The notes under the pieces: generated by a model | What the model saw: the letters and a program-made list of their open reading frames with translations, nothing else | Database searches by the model: none | What the model was told of the DNA's origin: nothing | Shown here: one piece after another, positions 27,389 through 37,035 of the stretch | Position numbering within the stretch: position 1 is the first letter of the stretch | Layout: each line of letters opens with the position of its first letter | Assembly (NCBI GenBank): GCA_016219925.1 | Contig: JACRJU010000015.1 | Coordinates: 4,672-68,671 of the forward strand | Direction of reading: 5' to 3' | Source: Candidatus Uhrbacteria bacterium | GTDB lineage: Bacteria; Patescibacteriota; Patescibacteriia; UBA9934; GWF2-40-263 | DNA length: 64,000 bases | Program-made: the position numbers and the translations under genes

Positions 27389-28870
27389 ATGGCGCCCCTC
27401 GATCTCTCTTCCATAGAAAATTTCAAAGATGCGATGGTGACCGTGATGGGTCTGGGTCGTTTCAAGCAGGGGAGCGGCGTTGGCGCGGCCAAATGGCTCA
27501 TGCGCCACGGCGCACAGATCGTCATCACAGATCTCAAAACCGAAGCTGAACTGCAAGAGTCGGTTGATGAAATCACCAAGTGGTATACCCAGTATAAAAA
27601 GGAATACAAAGATCGGCCGATTTATGCGCCGGTATTTGTATTGGGTGAGCACCACGAGGATGATTTCACCAACGTAGATTTGGTGATGCAAAATCCCGGT
27701 GTGGTGCGCGAATCCGAGTTCGTTCAGCTCGCGAAGCAAAACGGCATTCATGTGGAAAGCGACGTTTCGCTGTTTTTTCGTTACTGCCCATTTCTGATTT
27801 ATAGCGTGACCGGCACGCGCGGCAAGTCCACCACAACCGCCCTGCTCGGCGAAATGTTGCGCAACCTTCACCCCAAAGCCGTCATCGCGGGAAACATCAC
27901 ACGCTCGCCGCTTGAGGACTTGGATTGGTTGCTTGAGGAAAAAGCGCCGGTGCCGATCGTTCTTGAATTGTCCTCCTGGCTTTTGGAAAGTTTGGAAGGG
28001 CTGGGCATCGGCCCGCAAATCGCTCTGCTCACCAATGCCTACAAAGATCATCTCGACCGATACAAATCTTTTGAACATTACCTGTGGGCGAAGGAACTTA
28101 TTTTCAAAGAACAAAAACCAGATCAATACGCCCTATTGAATGCCGATCAGGAGTTGATGGATGAGATCGCTTCGCGCATTGTCTCCAAGAATGTTTATTG
28201 GTTTTCTTCTAAACCGCTTCCATCGGGCAAGGAAGGCGTGTTTAGCGATGGCGACGAGCTGAAGCGCTCGATTGGCGGCGAGGTGAAAACCTTCGCTCAT
28301 GTCCATGACCTCACGACGCTTAAGGGGGAGCACAACGTGATGAATGCGCTTGGCGCTTCACTGGCCGCGCATCTAGGCGGGGTTTCTGATCAACAGATTC
28401 ATCAGGCTTTGAAAGCTTTTGTTGGCCTTCCGGGGCGTCAGCAGATTTTGGGTGAGCTTGAAGGCGTGGTTTATGTAAACGATACCACCGCGACATCGCC
28501 CGAAGGGGTGATAGCCGCGCTCAAGCGATTCGGCAACGGTGGGAACATCATTTTGATCGCCGGAGGATCTTCCAAAGGCTTGGGGTTTGATGAGATGGCG
28601 GCGCTGGTGCGAATGCAATGCAAATATGTTGTGCTTTTCGAAGGAACCGCGCTTGATGACCTTTCGCGCGCGATTGGCCCGGATGTTCCGATGGCGCGTG
28701 CGGGGTCCATGGCTGATGCCATGAAATCAGCAGGCGCTCAAGCCAAACTTGGCGATGTGATCTTGCTTTCGCCGGGCACGTCCAGTTTCGGCATCTTCAA
28801 AAACGAATTCGATCGCGGCGAACAATTTAATGCGGCGTTTGAGCAAATCAAAAAATCCGCACAATCGTAG
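27389..28870 (+). CDS. murD: UDP-N-acetylmuramoylalanine--D-glutamate ligase
   Basis: The sequence VMGLGRFKQGSGVGAAKWL, the P-loop VTGTRGKSTTTALLGEML, and a Mur ligase C-terminal domain fit MurD. Confidence 0.9.
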   Translation: MAPLDLSSIENFKDAMVTVMGLGRFKQGSGVGAAKWLMRHGAQIVITDLKTEAELQESVDEITKWYTQYKKEYKDRPIYAPVFVLGEHHEDDFTNVDLVMQNPGVVRESEFVQLAKQNGIHVESDVSLFFRYCPFLIYSVTGTRGKSTTTALLGEMLRNLHPKAVIAGNITRSPLEDLDWLLEEKAPVPIVLELSSWLLESLEGLGIGPQIALLTNAYKDHLDRYKSFEHYLWAKELIFKEQKPDQYALLNADQELMDEIASRIVSKNVYWFSSKPLPSGKEGVFSDGDELKRSIGGEVKTFAHVHDLTTLKGEHNVMNALGASLAAHLGGVSDQQIHQALKAFVGLPGRQQILGELEGVVYVNDTTATSPEGVIAALKRFGNGGNIILIAGGSSKGLGFDEMAALVRMQCKYVVLFEGTALDDLSRAIGPDVPMARAGSMADAMKSAGAQAKLGDVILLSPGTSSFGIFKNEFDRGEQFNAAFEQIKKSAQS

Positions 28871-30169
28871 GTGATGACTATGCCTATGGTGCTATCCCTT
28901 ATTCGCCGCTTCGTGCCAAAGCCCGTGTTCGGCGCCTACCACTTTGTCCTCGCGTTGATCGCTGCCGCCGTGTATCGACATCCTTCCGAGAAATTGATCG
29001 TTGTGGGGGTTACGGGTACAAATGGAAAATCTTCGACCGTGCAATTCATCGGCCGGATTCTTGAACATACGGGCAGACGTGTGGGGTGGACGACGACGGT
29101 CGGATTCAAAATCGCTGAGCGCGAATGGGTGAACGATAAAAAAATGACGATGCTCGGCCGGTTTCAAACCCAGCGTTTCTTGCGCCAGATGGTCGATGCT
29201 GGTTGCGCAGTGGCGATCATCGAGACGTCTTCGCAAGGAATTGCGCAATCGCGACACGTTGGCATTCATTACGATATAGCCGTTTTTACAAATTTGACTC
29301 CAGAACACATCGAAGCCCACGGTGGCTTCGAAGCTTATAAAGCGGCCAAGGGAAAATTGTTTGCGGCGTTGGCACGAGCGAAAGAGAAAACGATCCATGG
29401 AACACCGGTGAAAAAAGCGAGCGTGGTGAATGTTCTGGATGAGCATGCCGCGTATGTGCTTTCGTTTGGAGCCGGGCAGGCGTATCCCTTTGGCAAGCAG
29501 GCGACGGATGTGGTGATGAACAAAAACGGCACAACGTTTTCGATCGCAGATACCGCGTTTCATTTCAAACCAATCGGACGGTTTAATTTTGAAAATGTCC
29601 TTGCCGCGATCACCACCTGTCAGGCTCTTGGATTGACCCTTCGTGATATCGCTGATGGGGTTTCACGTTTAGAGCCCGTTCCGGGACGACTGGAGGTTAT
29701 TGACGAGGGTCAGTCTTTTACGGTCATTGTGGATTACGCGCCAGAACCCGCGGCGTTGAATGCCACCTATGAGGCGCTTGCGCTTATCGGAGGACGACGC
29801 TTAATCCATGTACTTGGTTCAACAGGAGGCGGGCGTGATGTGGCGCGACGCCGTGTGTTGGGCCAGATGGCCGCAGGGCACGCCGCGATTGTGATCGTCA
29901 CCAATGAAGATCCATATGATGATGACCCCAGCGCGATCATTGAAGATGTTGCGGCCGGCGCGCGTGAACATGGCAAGCGTGATGGGATCGATTTGTTTGC
30001 TCTTTTGGATCGTCAAGAAGCCGTGAACAAAGCCATGGCCATTGCGCAGGAAGGCGACATCGTGCTGATGACCGGAAAGGGAAGTGAACCGGTGATGGCC
30101 GTCGCCCACGGCCGAAAAATTCCTTGGGATGATCGAGCCGCCGCGCGGAAAGCCTTGCACCACTTATGA
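28871..30169 (+). CDS. murE: Mur ligase family protein, MurE-like (short N-terminal domain)
   Basis: It has VGVTGTNGKSST, then IIETSSQGIAQSRHVG and FTNLTPEHIEAHG, as in MurE. It is about 50 aa shorter at the N-terminus than typical MurE. Confidence 0.7.
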   Translation: MMTMPMVLSLIRRFVPKPVFGAYHFVLALIAAAVYRHPSEKLIVVGVTGTNGKSSTVQFIGRILEHTGRRVGWTTTVGFKIAEREWVNDKKMTMLGRFQTQRFLRQMVDAGCAVAIIETSSQGIAQSRHVGIHYDIAVFTNLTPEHIEAHGGFEAYKAAKGKLFAALARAKEKTIHGTPVKKASVVNVLDEHAAYVLSFGAGQAYPFGKQATDVVMNKNGTTFSIADTAFHFKPIGRFNFENVLAAITTCQALGLTLRDIADGVSRLEPVPGRLEVIDEGQSFTVIVDYAPEPAALNATYEALALIGGRRLIHVLGSTGGGRDVARRRVLGQMAAGHAAIVIVTNEDPYDDDPSAIIEDVAAGAREHGKRDGIDLFALLDRQEAVNKAMAIAQEGDIVLMTGKGSEPVMAVAHGRKIPWDDRAAARKALHHL

Positions 30170-30675
30170 AATCTTCACGATCTTTTGAACTTAAACCCCA
30201 CGAAGAAGCGCTTGCCACCGTTCGTCAGGCCATTCTTCCAAACAGCCCGAAGTTTATGATCTACATCGTGTGGCTTTTGATTCCGTTTTTCTTTTTGTTC
30301 CCTTTGTTTCGTCTGGGCATCGGCGGAGTTGCGGTTTTTTTCGGACTCGTGATTTCAGGCGGCCTCTTGCTTCTGCGACAATATATTCGTTGGTCGGGAA
30401 CGCATTTGATTTTGACGGACAAGCGCGTGGTGGACATTGAACAGCGTGGCTTCTTCGATCGTGTAGTGACCGAGGCGCCATATACGCAAATTGACGAAGC
30501 GAGCTACCGTATCAAAGGATTTTGGGCGACGGTGTTGCGCTATGGGAGTGTGCGTTTTGATCTTTCAGGCTCCGCGGCCGATATCCAATTTGATCACATC
30601 AATCGTCCGGCGCGAATTCATAATCTCGTTAATGATTTGCGTGAAGAACATCGCAAAGAAGATCTCGCGCTTTAA
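30166..30675 (+). CDS. Bacterial PH-domain (bPH_2/DUF304-like) membrane protein
   Basis: It has an N-terminal TM hairpin followed by ILTDKRVV…RF, typical of YdbS/YdbT-like PH domains. Confidence 0.45.
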   Translation: MKSSRSFELKPHEEALATVRQAILPNSPKFMIYIVWLLIPFFFLFPLFRLGIGGVAVFFGLVISGGLLLLRQYIRWSGTHLILTDKRVVDIEQRGFFDRVVTEAPYTQIDEASYRIKGFWATVLRYGSVRFDLSGSAADIQFDHINRPARIHNLVNDLREEHRKEDLAL

Positions 30676-30678
30676 TCC

Positions 30679-31146
30679 ATGCCTTCTGCCTCTACCCCAT
30701 TTGTTTCCCGACTTGTTCGGTGGCGATATCTGGTGTTCATCAATCTGATCTTGATTGGGTTTCTGGGATTTACGCTTGGACGGGAGTGGTGGCACGCGCG
30801 GGATATTCAAAGAGAAATCAATCATTTGCAAGCTCAAGCGGATACCTTGACCAAGAGAAATAGTGAATTAGCCGAGTTGCAAAGCGCCGTGCAGACCCAG
30901 TCGTTTATCGAGCGCGAGGCGCGGCTGAAACTCGGATTGAAAAAACCCGGAGAGGAAGTGGTCGTGATTCAACCCCGCGAAACTTCCGGGACGCCAAATG
31001 CGGAACAACAGGTTGATGGATCAGATCCTTTACATCTGGTTATCCCCAAAGAAACCTCGCGACCACAGGTTCCCAACGCGACCAAATGGTGGTATTACTT
31101 CTTTAATAAAAATGCGTTCACAGAACTTGCGCGATATGATGATTGA
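30679..31146 (+). CDS. Septum formation initiator FtsB/DivIC-like protein
   Basis: It has a single N-terminal TM segment and then a coiled-coil region (QREINHLQAQADTLTKRNSELAELQSAV…REARLKLGL). Confidence 0.5.
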   Translation: MPSASTPFVSRLVRWRYLVFINLILIGFLGFTLGREWWHARDIQREINHLQAQADTLTKRNSELAELQSAVQTQSFIEREARLKLGLKKPGEEVVVIQPRETSGTPNAEQQVDGSDPLHLVIPKETSRPQVPNATKWWYYFFNKNAFTELARYDD

Positions 31147-32068
31147 AAAACAAGAACCCATTCAAGAAGGATTGCCTGCATCACCTTCTTCAGAAACCAC
31201 GCGGCGCCAACGCCCGTTTTTTCTGTTTCTGGTCGTGCTTGGGTGCCTGGCCGTTTTGAGCATTGGGATGTATGGGTTGCCCCCGACGAGTCCTTTGGTC
31301 CGCGCGGTGAGTCGGGTTTTGCCTTATCCGGCTGTCGTCGTGAATACCTCTGTGATCACTCTGGGGGATTACGCAAATGAATACGATGCTCTGATAAAGT
31401 TTGTTGTTTCTGCAGATACGCAAAAACCACCGTCCGATGAGGTTGTGCGTCAAACGATTCTTGAAGCTCTGACCAACAAAGCGGCCATACGGGCACTGGC
31501 GCGTACCTCTGGTGTAAAGCTGGATCAGAAAAAAGTCGAAGCGTTTTATCAGGATGTGGTAAAGGGCGAGGAGAGCGAGCAGGCCTTGTCCAAGCAATTA
31601 AAAGAAACATTTGGTTGGAGCACCCAGCAATTTAAGAAGCGCATTATTGAGTCGATTGTTTTGGCGATGCAGATGAGCGATAGCGTCCTGCACGATGCGA
31701 AACAGCAAGAAGGACCGCGTGCGGATATTCAAGAAGCGTTGAAACGGTTGGATGCGGGAGAGGAGTTCACGACGGTCGCGGCGGATGTCCAGCAAAAACA
31801 AGGGGGCGCCCCGCAGGGGGATTTGGGGTATCAATCGGTTGGATCGCTTCCGACGGAATGGGCTCCAGCCGCTTCGCTCAAGATTGGCGAACGTACACCG
31901 ATTTTGGAATCGGATCAGGGGTTTGTGATTTTGAAGGTCGTCGATCGCATCGAGGCGGGTGAAGATTCGCAGGTGCATTTGCTTGCGGTTGCGGTTCCGA
32001 AGAAGACACTCGAGGACGCGGTGAAGGCGTACCTTGCCGAGGCTCGGGTGTGGACATTTATTCGTTGA
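31136..32068 (+). CDS. Membrane-anchored parvulin-type peptidyl-prolyl cis-trans isomerase (PrsA/SurA-like)
   Basis: The C-terminal rotamase domain contains GGAPQGDLGYQSVGSLPTEWAPAA…GFVILKV. It has an N-terminal TM anchor. Start at MMIEKQ. Confidence 0.6.
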   Translation: MMIEKQEPIQEGLPASPSSETTRRQRPFFLFLVVLGCLAVLSIGMYGLPPTSPLVRAVSRVLPYPAVVVNTSVITLGDYANEYDALIKFVVSADTQKPPSDEVVRQTILEALTNKAAIRALARTSGVKLDQKKVEAFYQDVVKGEESEQALSKQLKETFGWSTQQFKKRIIESIVLAMQMSDSVLHDAKQQEGPRADIQEALKRLDAGEEFTTVAADVQQKQGGAPQGDLGYQSVGSLPTEWAPAASLKIGERTPILESDQGFVILKVVDRIEAGEDSQVHLLAVAVPKKTLEDAVKAYLAEARVWTFIR

Positions 32069-32177
32069 CGGTTTCATTGACCATCGAGGACGTTTCTGGC
32101 AGAATGCGGGTCGTGCCGAGGCGATTCACTCGGCGTCTATCTTTATTGGATCGATAGAGAGCGTTGGGTAAAAACAG

Positions 32178-32253
32178 GCCGATGTAGCTCAGCTGGTAGA
32201 GCAATGCTTTCGTAAAGCAGAGGTCGCGGGTTCGATTCCCGCCATCGGCTCCA
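32178..32253 (+). tRNA. tRNA-Thr (anticodon CGT), CCA encoded
   Basis: The cloverleaf has acceptor GCCGATG/CATCGGC, D-arm GCTCAGCTGGTAGAGC, anticodon loop TTCGTAA, and T-arm GCGGGTTCGATTCCCGC. Confidence 0.85.
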
Positions 32254-32286
32254 CTCAAATAATATTAACGATCCCAAAATTTTTGT

Positions 32287-32360
32287 GCGGGATTCGTACA
32301 GTGGGAGTATGCAAGCTTCCCAAGCTTGAGACGCGGGTTCGATTCCCGTATCCCGCTCCA
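32287..32360 (+). tRNA. tRNA-Gly (anticodon CCC), CCA encoded
   Basis: It has acceptor GCGGGAT/ATCCCGC, anticodon stem CAAGC/GCTTG with loop TTCCCAA, and a T-arm containing TTCGATT. Confidence 0.8.
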
Positions 32361-32362
32361 AT

Positions 32363-32398
32363 AAAAAGACTCCAGTTCACCTGGAGTCTTTTTATTGG
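32363..32398 (+). terminator. Rho-independent terminator after the tRNA pair
   Basis: AAAAAGACTCCAG TTCAC CTGGAGTCTTTTTATT forms an 8-bp stem followed by a T-run. Confidence 0.7.
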
Positions 32399-32451
32399 AG
32401 TCTATTTACAAGTTTATCTGGCGCGTTTTTTTTGGTATCATATCTGTGCGT

Positions 32452-33213
32452 ATGAAAAAGGTTGTTTCGTTCGGCTTGTCTATGCTCTTCGTGGCCTTGT
32501 CCGCGTTTTCCGCGCAGGCTCAATCATTCGAAAGCGTTGTCTCGACATCCTTCGATGCCCAGACGATCGTCAAAGGCTACACGCTTTCCTCTGATGATAG
32601 CCTCATGCGTTTGGGAATTCGGCCCGGGACCCTCAACGTGGAGACACGTGTGGATATCAAAACGCTCGATTCTTCCCTCATGGCCGATGCGCTTCCGGAA
32701 GATCGAATGCTCGTCGGAAATATCTATTTGTTCGATATTCTCAATAAGACCAGCTACGATGGAAAGGACTTTTTCTTTCTGGAGATCGCTTATCCGCAAG
32801 ACACGCGTGTGCATGGGAAACGGCGGATCAGCTTCTACAATAAAGTAAAATTGCGATGGGAAGAGTTGCCCTCACAAGACCATCCTAAAACATCCTCGGT
32901 GCGCGCGCTCATTCATCTTCCTTATGCGCGTCTCGCCATCTTTGAAGAGACGATCCCCGAGGTTGGGCAGGCGAGTTGGTACGGGTATCGCGGATGCGAC
33001 TGTGCGGCCTCGCCGGATTACCCCAAAGGGAGCTCTCTCGTTGTCGAACGCGTAGATGATCCAACCAAAACCGTAACGGTAAAGGTGAACGATTATGGAC
33101 CGGATCGCGAAGGGCATCCCGAGCGCGTGATTGATCTGGATAAAGTGGCGTTTAAAAAACTCGCGCCACTTGGCGCAGGGGTCATCGACGTTAGAGTTCG
33201 TCTGCTTCAATAA
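32452..33213 (+). CDS. RlpA-like double-psi beta-barrel (DPBB) domain protein with signal peptide
   Basis: The signal peptide is MKKVVSFGLSMLFVALSAFSAQA. The C-terminus, QASWYGYRGCDCAA…VKVNDYGP…IDL, matches the RlpA/DPBB family. Confidence 0.7.
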   Translation: MKKVVSFGLSMLFVALSAFSAQAQSFESVVSTSFDAQTIVKGYTLSSDDSLMRLGIRPGTLNVETRVDIKTLDSSLMADALPEDRMLVGNIYLFDILNKTSYDGKDFFFLEIAYPQDTRVHGKRRISFYNKVKLRWEELPSQDHPKTSSVRALIHLPYARLAIFEETIPEVGQASWYGYRGCDCAASPDYPKGSSLVVERVDDPTKTVTVKVNDYGPDREGHPERVIDLDKVAFKKLAPLGAGVIDVRVRLLQ

Positions 33214-33221
33214 TTTTCCAC

Positions 33222-33902
33222 ATGATTTCCCTCAAACACGTCTCCAAAATCTATCCTCCCAATGTGGTCGGCGTTGAGGCGATCAGTTTGCATATCAAGC
33301 CGGGCGAATTTGTGTCCATTGTCGGGCAGAGCGGAACAGGGAAGTCCACGCTGGCGAAATTATTATTTGCAGAAGAGCGTCCCACGCGCGGGACGATTGA
33401 AATTGGCGGTTGGGACATCACCAACATTCGCGATCACGAAGTGCCGCTTCTACGTCGTCAGATCGGAGTGGTCTTTCAAGATTTTAAGTTGCTCCAAAAG
33501 AAAACGGTTTATGAAAACATTGCTTTTGCGCTTCAAGTTTCAGGCACGCCGGCCAAGCGCATCCGCGACGTAGTGCCCCTCGTGCTCAACATTGTGAACC
33601 TGTCGGATAAAACTGACCGGTATCCCGGCCAGCTCTCTGGTGGGGAAGCCCAGCGTGTGGCTATCGCGCGCTCGCTTGTCCATCAACCCAAAGTGCTTGT
33701 GGCGGACGAGCCGACCGGCAATCTGGATACATTGAATGCGGGAGAGATTCTCGATCTGCTCAAAAAAATTAATGAATTTGGCACGACGGTGGTGCTCGTG
33801 ACGCACGACCGCGATATCGTAAACCGTTTGAAACGACGGGTGATTACTCTGGACGGAGGAAAAATTGTTTCGGATGTCGAAGAAGGGCGGTATCGCCTCT
33901 AA
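33222..33902 (+). CDS. ftsE: Cell division ATP-binding protein FtsE
   Basis: It has Walker A GQSGTGKST, the signature [13 protein letters not shown], and Walker B VLVADEPTGNLD. It is about 226 aa and adjacent to ftsX. Confidence 0.9.
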   Translation: MISLKHVSKIYPPNVVGVEAISLHIKPGEFVSIVGQSGTGKSTLAKLLFAEERPTRGTIEIGGWDITNIRDHEVPLLRRQIGVVFQDFKLLQKKTVYENIAFALQVSGTPAKRIRDVVPLVLNIVNLSDKTDRYPGQLSGGEAQRVAIARSLVHQPKVLVADEPTGNLDTLNAGEILDLLKKINEFGTTVVLVTHDRDIVNRLKRRVITLDGGKIVSDVEEGRYRL

Positions 33903-33907
33903 GAGAT

Positions 33908-34825
33908 ATGTTCTTGATTTCTTCTTATCGAGTTGGAAAGTTCGCCCTGCAAAATTTTTGGAGGAATTTTTGGTTATCGGTTATTACGATCACCATGCTC
34001 ATGTTGACGTTACTTACGGTCAACATCATTGTCGTGCTCAACTACGTGACGGATCGAGCGATCCAAGCGGTTGAGGATCGTGTTGAAGTCTCAGTCTATT
34101 TTTACGCGACTTCGCCGCAAACCGCTGTGGACAATGCCGTCGCCTATCTGCGCTCAATCAGTCAAGTGCGTAACGTGCAGGTCATCACGGCCGATGAGGC
34201 GCTGACGCAATTCAAAGATCGCCATGCCGGGGATGAAGTCATCACTAAGTCGCTCGAGGAAATCGGCAATAACCCCTTTGGGCCGTCGCTCGTGGTTAAG
34301 GCCAAGCAGGTTTCTGACTTCGATCTTATTTTAGAGGCTCTTGAGAATCCGCAGTTCCGCGACCAGATTCGCGAGAAAGATTTCTCCAACTATCAAGATA
34401 TTGTCGCGCGCATCAAAGACACCACTCAACGTATTCGGATGTTTGGTTTGGCATTGAGTGGAGTCTTTCTCTTTATTGCCATTCTGATTGTTTTTAACAC
34501 GGTGCGTATGAGTCTCTTCATTCATCGCGAGGAGATCGGCATTATGAAACTCGTTGGCGCCTCCAATGGATTCGTGCGTTCGCCATTTTTGCTTGAGATG
34601 ATTTTATTGAGTTTGGTTGCCTTGGTGGCGACCTTAGCGATTGTGTATCCATCGCTGGCCGCGCTTGAGCCGAAGTTCGGTTATTATTTTGGCGGGGAGA
34701 CCATTGGGTTGATTGATTATTTTGAAAAGAACGGTTGGGAAATTTTTGGCTTGCAGTTTGTTGGGCTCGCGGCGTTGACGCTGATTTCGACCGGATTGGC
34801 AATGCGCAAGTATTTGAAGGTATAA
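33908..34825 (+). CDS. ftsX: Cell division protein FtsX (permease-like)
   Basis: Topology has an N-terminal TM, a large extracellular domain and three C-terminal TMs, with the MKLVGAS motif. It lies immediately downstream of ftsE. Confidence 0.8.
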   Translation: MFLISSYRVGKFALQNFWRNFWLSVITITMLMLTLLTVNIIVVLNYVTDRAIQAVEDRVEVSVYFYATSPQTAVDNAVAYLRSISQVRNVQVITADEALTQFKDRHAGDEVITKSLEEIGNNPFGPSLVVKAKQVSDFDLILEALENPQFRDQIREKDFSNYQDIVARIKDTTQRIRMFGLALSGVFLFIAILIVFNTVRMSLFIHREEIGIMKLVGASNGFVRSPFLLEMILLSLVALVATLAIVYPSLAALEPKFGYYFGGETIGLIDYFEKNGWEIFGLQFVGLAALTLISTGLAMRKYLKV

Positions 34826-34832
34826 GGGTTTT

Positions 34833-35192
34833 ATGAATCCTGACCTTCTGCGGGGACTGATCATATGGGCGCTGTTGTCTGTTGGTGCTTTTTTATTTTG
34901 GGTATTTATCCCGGAGTTCCAGATCGTTCCCGTGTGGGGATGGGGAGCGATTTCCTCGAATGCGGCGACGTGCGCGCTTGTTTTTTTGGATAAAGTTTTT
35001 GCCCGTGTAGGTTTCAGGCGCATTCCAGAGATGGCTTTTTATCTTGCGACCTTTTTAGGAGGATCCTTTGGCATGCTGGTTGGGATGTACGCTTTTTCTC
35101 ATAAGACACGCAAGACCTCGTTTCAAATTGTTGTCGGCGCGCTTGTGCTCGCACAAGCGGCGATGGTTGTTTGGATGGGGATAAGACTTTAG
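34833..35192 (+). CDS. DUF1294-family small membrane protein
   Basis: It carries the AFSHKTRK motif characteristic of DUF1294. Confidence 0.45.
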   Translation: MNPDLLRGLIIWALLSVGAFLFWVFIPEFQIVPVWGWGAISSNAATCALVFLDKVFARVGFRRIPEMAFYLATFLGGSFGMLVGMYAFSHKTRKTSFQIVVGALVLAQAAMVVWMGIRL

Positions 35193-35248
35193 TGGCGTCT
35201 GGGACGGCGTGTCCCCCAACCCTCTTGCGTAAAAATCCCTGTTGAAAA

Positions 35249-35285
35249 AAGTAAGACGTGCACCAAAAAGGTGAACGTCTTACTT
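35249..35285 (+). terminator. Hairpin terminator (bidirectional)
   Basis: GTAAGACGT…ACGTCTTAC forms a stem flanked by A/T runs. Confidence 0.45.
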
Positions 35286-35359
35286 TGGTTCCCGGGCAGG
35301 GACTCGAACCCCGATACTCAGGACCAAAACCTGATGTCCTGCCGTTAGACGACCCGGGA
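35286..35359 (-). tRNA. tRNA-Gln (anticodon TTG), CCA encoded
   Basis: The reverse complement has acceptor TCCCGGG/CCCGGGA, anticodon stem TCAGG/CCTGA with loop TTTTGGT, a T-arm containing TTCGAGT, then ACCA. Confidence 0.8.
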
Positions 35360-35436
35360 ATAACGCCGACATCATATGCTAGACACAATTTTTTTTCAAT
35401 GTTACGATCGCTCAAGTTCTTTTTGGAGGGATATTG

Positions 35437-36312
35437 ATGTCTGCGCCTGTCTGTCATCGTTCGCGTTCTGCGGCAAGGACTCCAAGCCCGCAGGTTCATC
35501 CTTCGCGATCTGTCTCGACGCGTCGGTTGCCCGAGGGCGACTACACGCTCATCATCGGCGGGACGTCAGGCCTTGGCCGGGAGATTGCGCTCCAATGCTT
35601 GGAGCGCAATGTGACGCCTATCGTGCTCGGTCGGAGCGCTCAACGCGCCGTGGCTGATCAAGACCTCAAGAAGGCCGTGCCCTTCACTCTGGATCTGTTC
35701 GATCTGGGCCGCCTTGCCTCTTCAATCCATCGCCTTCTGCGGTTCATCGATCAGGCCAACATCACGCACCTCTTCTGGGTGGCTGGGATCGCCCAGTCCA
35801 GGCCTTTCCTCGATTTGACGCGCATCGAGATCGCCCATCTGCTCGGCGTCCATCTGGAAGGATCGCTTCTGCTTTTGCACAGTCTCCTCAACCAACGCAA
35901 GGAACGTGGCCAGCCTGTGCACCTTGTCGTCGTCTCTTCCACAAGCGTCTACGGGGACTGCAACGGCAACGAGCTCCTTAACGCAGTTCAGGCGGCCAAG
36001 GCGAGCGTCGCACGCGGTCTCGCCAGTTCGCTCTTGCGCGATGTTCCCGGTTCGCTCGTGTCGCTGTTCATGCTTGCGGCCATGGATACGGCGTTCCACA
36101 CGGATCGCTCCGTCGATTCTACGTCGCTCCTCCAGCCCGAACAAGTGGCCACCATCATGGCCGTGCAGACCGGTGTCGGCCACGGTCCGACCCACCGTCC
36201 TTCGCAGATGTCTACGGTCACGACGCCGTTCGCGCGCTTCCTCGTGGAGCGCGAGCTCGACGGTTCACCGCGTGTGAACCTCTACACCGCGTTTCCCGAT
36301 CAACCCTTCTAG
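35437..36312 (+). CDS. Short-chain dehydrogenase/reductase (SDR) with unusual ~40-aa Ser/Arg/Pro-rich N-terminal extension; GC-rich island
   Basis: The NAD(P)-binding motif IIGGTSGLGREIA is present. The N-terminus, SAPVCHRSRSAARTPSPQVHPSRSVSTRR, precedes the Rossmann fold. A GGAGGG RBS lies upstream. Confidence 0.65.
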   Translation: MSAPVCHRSRSAARTPSPQVHPSRSVSTRRLPEGDYTLIIGGTSGLGREIALQCLERNVTPIVLGRSAQRAVADQDLKKAVPFTLDLFDLGRLASSIHRLLRFIDQANITHLFWVAGIAQSRPFLDLTRIEIAHLLGVHLEGSLLLLHSLLNQRKERGQPVHLVVVSSTSVYGDCNGNELLNAVQAAKASVARGLASSLLRDVPGSLVSLFMLAAMDTAFHTDRSVDSTSLLQPEQVATIMAVQTGVGHGPTHRPSQMSTVTTPFARFLVERELDGSPRVNLYTAFPDQPF

Positions 36313-36381
36313 CCCACCCCGGGCTTTTTTGTTACACTTTCTTTACCCTCTTTACGTTCTGAATGATAAGTCATTGTCGAA

Positions 36382-36444
36382 GTGATCCTTTACCGGAGGG
36401 AACAACGGCGACGAGTCTGTTGGCCCGGAGGCAGAGGATCACTC
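36382..36444 (-). repeat. Conserved-core hairpin element, copy 4 (reverse orientation)
   Basis: The reverse complement of 36395-36428 is CCGGGCCAACAGACTCGTCGCCGTTGTTCCCTCC, the same core as copies 1-3. It is flanked by the complementary arms GTGATCCT/AGGATCAC. Confidence 0.7.
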
Positions 36445-36460
36445 CGAATATTCAATCATT

Positions 36461-36943
36461 ATGAAACCCACCTGCCTTTTTATCGGTCGTTTCCAACCGT
36501 TTCACATCGGCCATCTTATGGTCGTTCAGGGGATGACAAAAGTTTGTGGACGCATTGTCATCGGCATCGGGAGTGCTGATAAAAAGGGATCGGACGAGAA
36601 TCCTTTCAGCGTCGAAGAGCGCAAAGAGATGATCCAACGCGCTCTTCAAGCGGAAGATATCATTCCGATGTTTGATGTGGAATTTGTGGAGCTTCCCGAT
36701 CAGCCCCAAGACGAAGCTTGGACGCAGCTTGTTTTGGAAAAAGTGGGACGCATCGACAAAATTTGGACGGGCAATGAAGACACCAAGAATTGCTTTGAAG
36801 GAAAAACTGAAATTCAGTGGATCAAAGAAGTGCCGGGTTTCAACGGCACAGAGATTCGCGCGATGATGAAGAAAGGCGGGTACTGGGAAGAAAAAGTTCC
36901 GGATGATGTCGCCAGTTTTATCAAGCAGACGGGTCGTTATTAG
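36461..36943 (+). CDS. Nicotinamide-nucleotide adenylyltransferase, archaeal/NadM-type
   Basis: The sequence CLFIGRFQPFHIGHL contains the (H/T)xGH nucleotidyltransferase motif. The protein is ~160 aa, and ISGTEIR-like (FNGTEIR) is present. Confidence 0.7.
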   Translation: MKPTCLFIGRFQPFHIGHLMVVQGMTKVCGRIVIGIGSADKKGSDENPFSVEERKEMIQRALQAEDIIPMFDVEFVELPDQPQDEAWTQLVLEKVGRIDKIWTGNEDTKNCFEGKTEIQWIKEVPGFNGTEIRAMMKKGGYWEEKVPDDVASFIKQTGRY

Positions 36944-37035
36944 TGTTCGACATTTGTTCGTAAACCTGTTAGCATAAAAGCACAACAAAAATGATCCCAC
37001 CCCTAGGGTTAGACCAACCCGAGGGGCATTTCTGT

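Noticed and set aside
27371-28126. Long minus-strand ORF (251 aa) inside murD. Similar antisense ORFs lie inside ftsW (18475-19413), uvrB (38451-38915), the PBP (58741-59064) and murE (28892-29563).
   Set aside because: They lie entirely antisense to well-supported conserved genes and translate to low-complexity, motif-free sequence. They are typical spurious reverse-frame ORFs.
32058-32361. Minus-strand ORFs 32058-32258 and 32143-32361 overlapping the tRNA-Thr and tRNA-Gly loci.
   Set aside because: They overlap clear tRNA cloverleaves and a terminator, so they are not coding.
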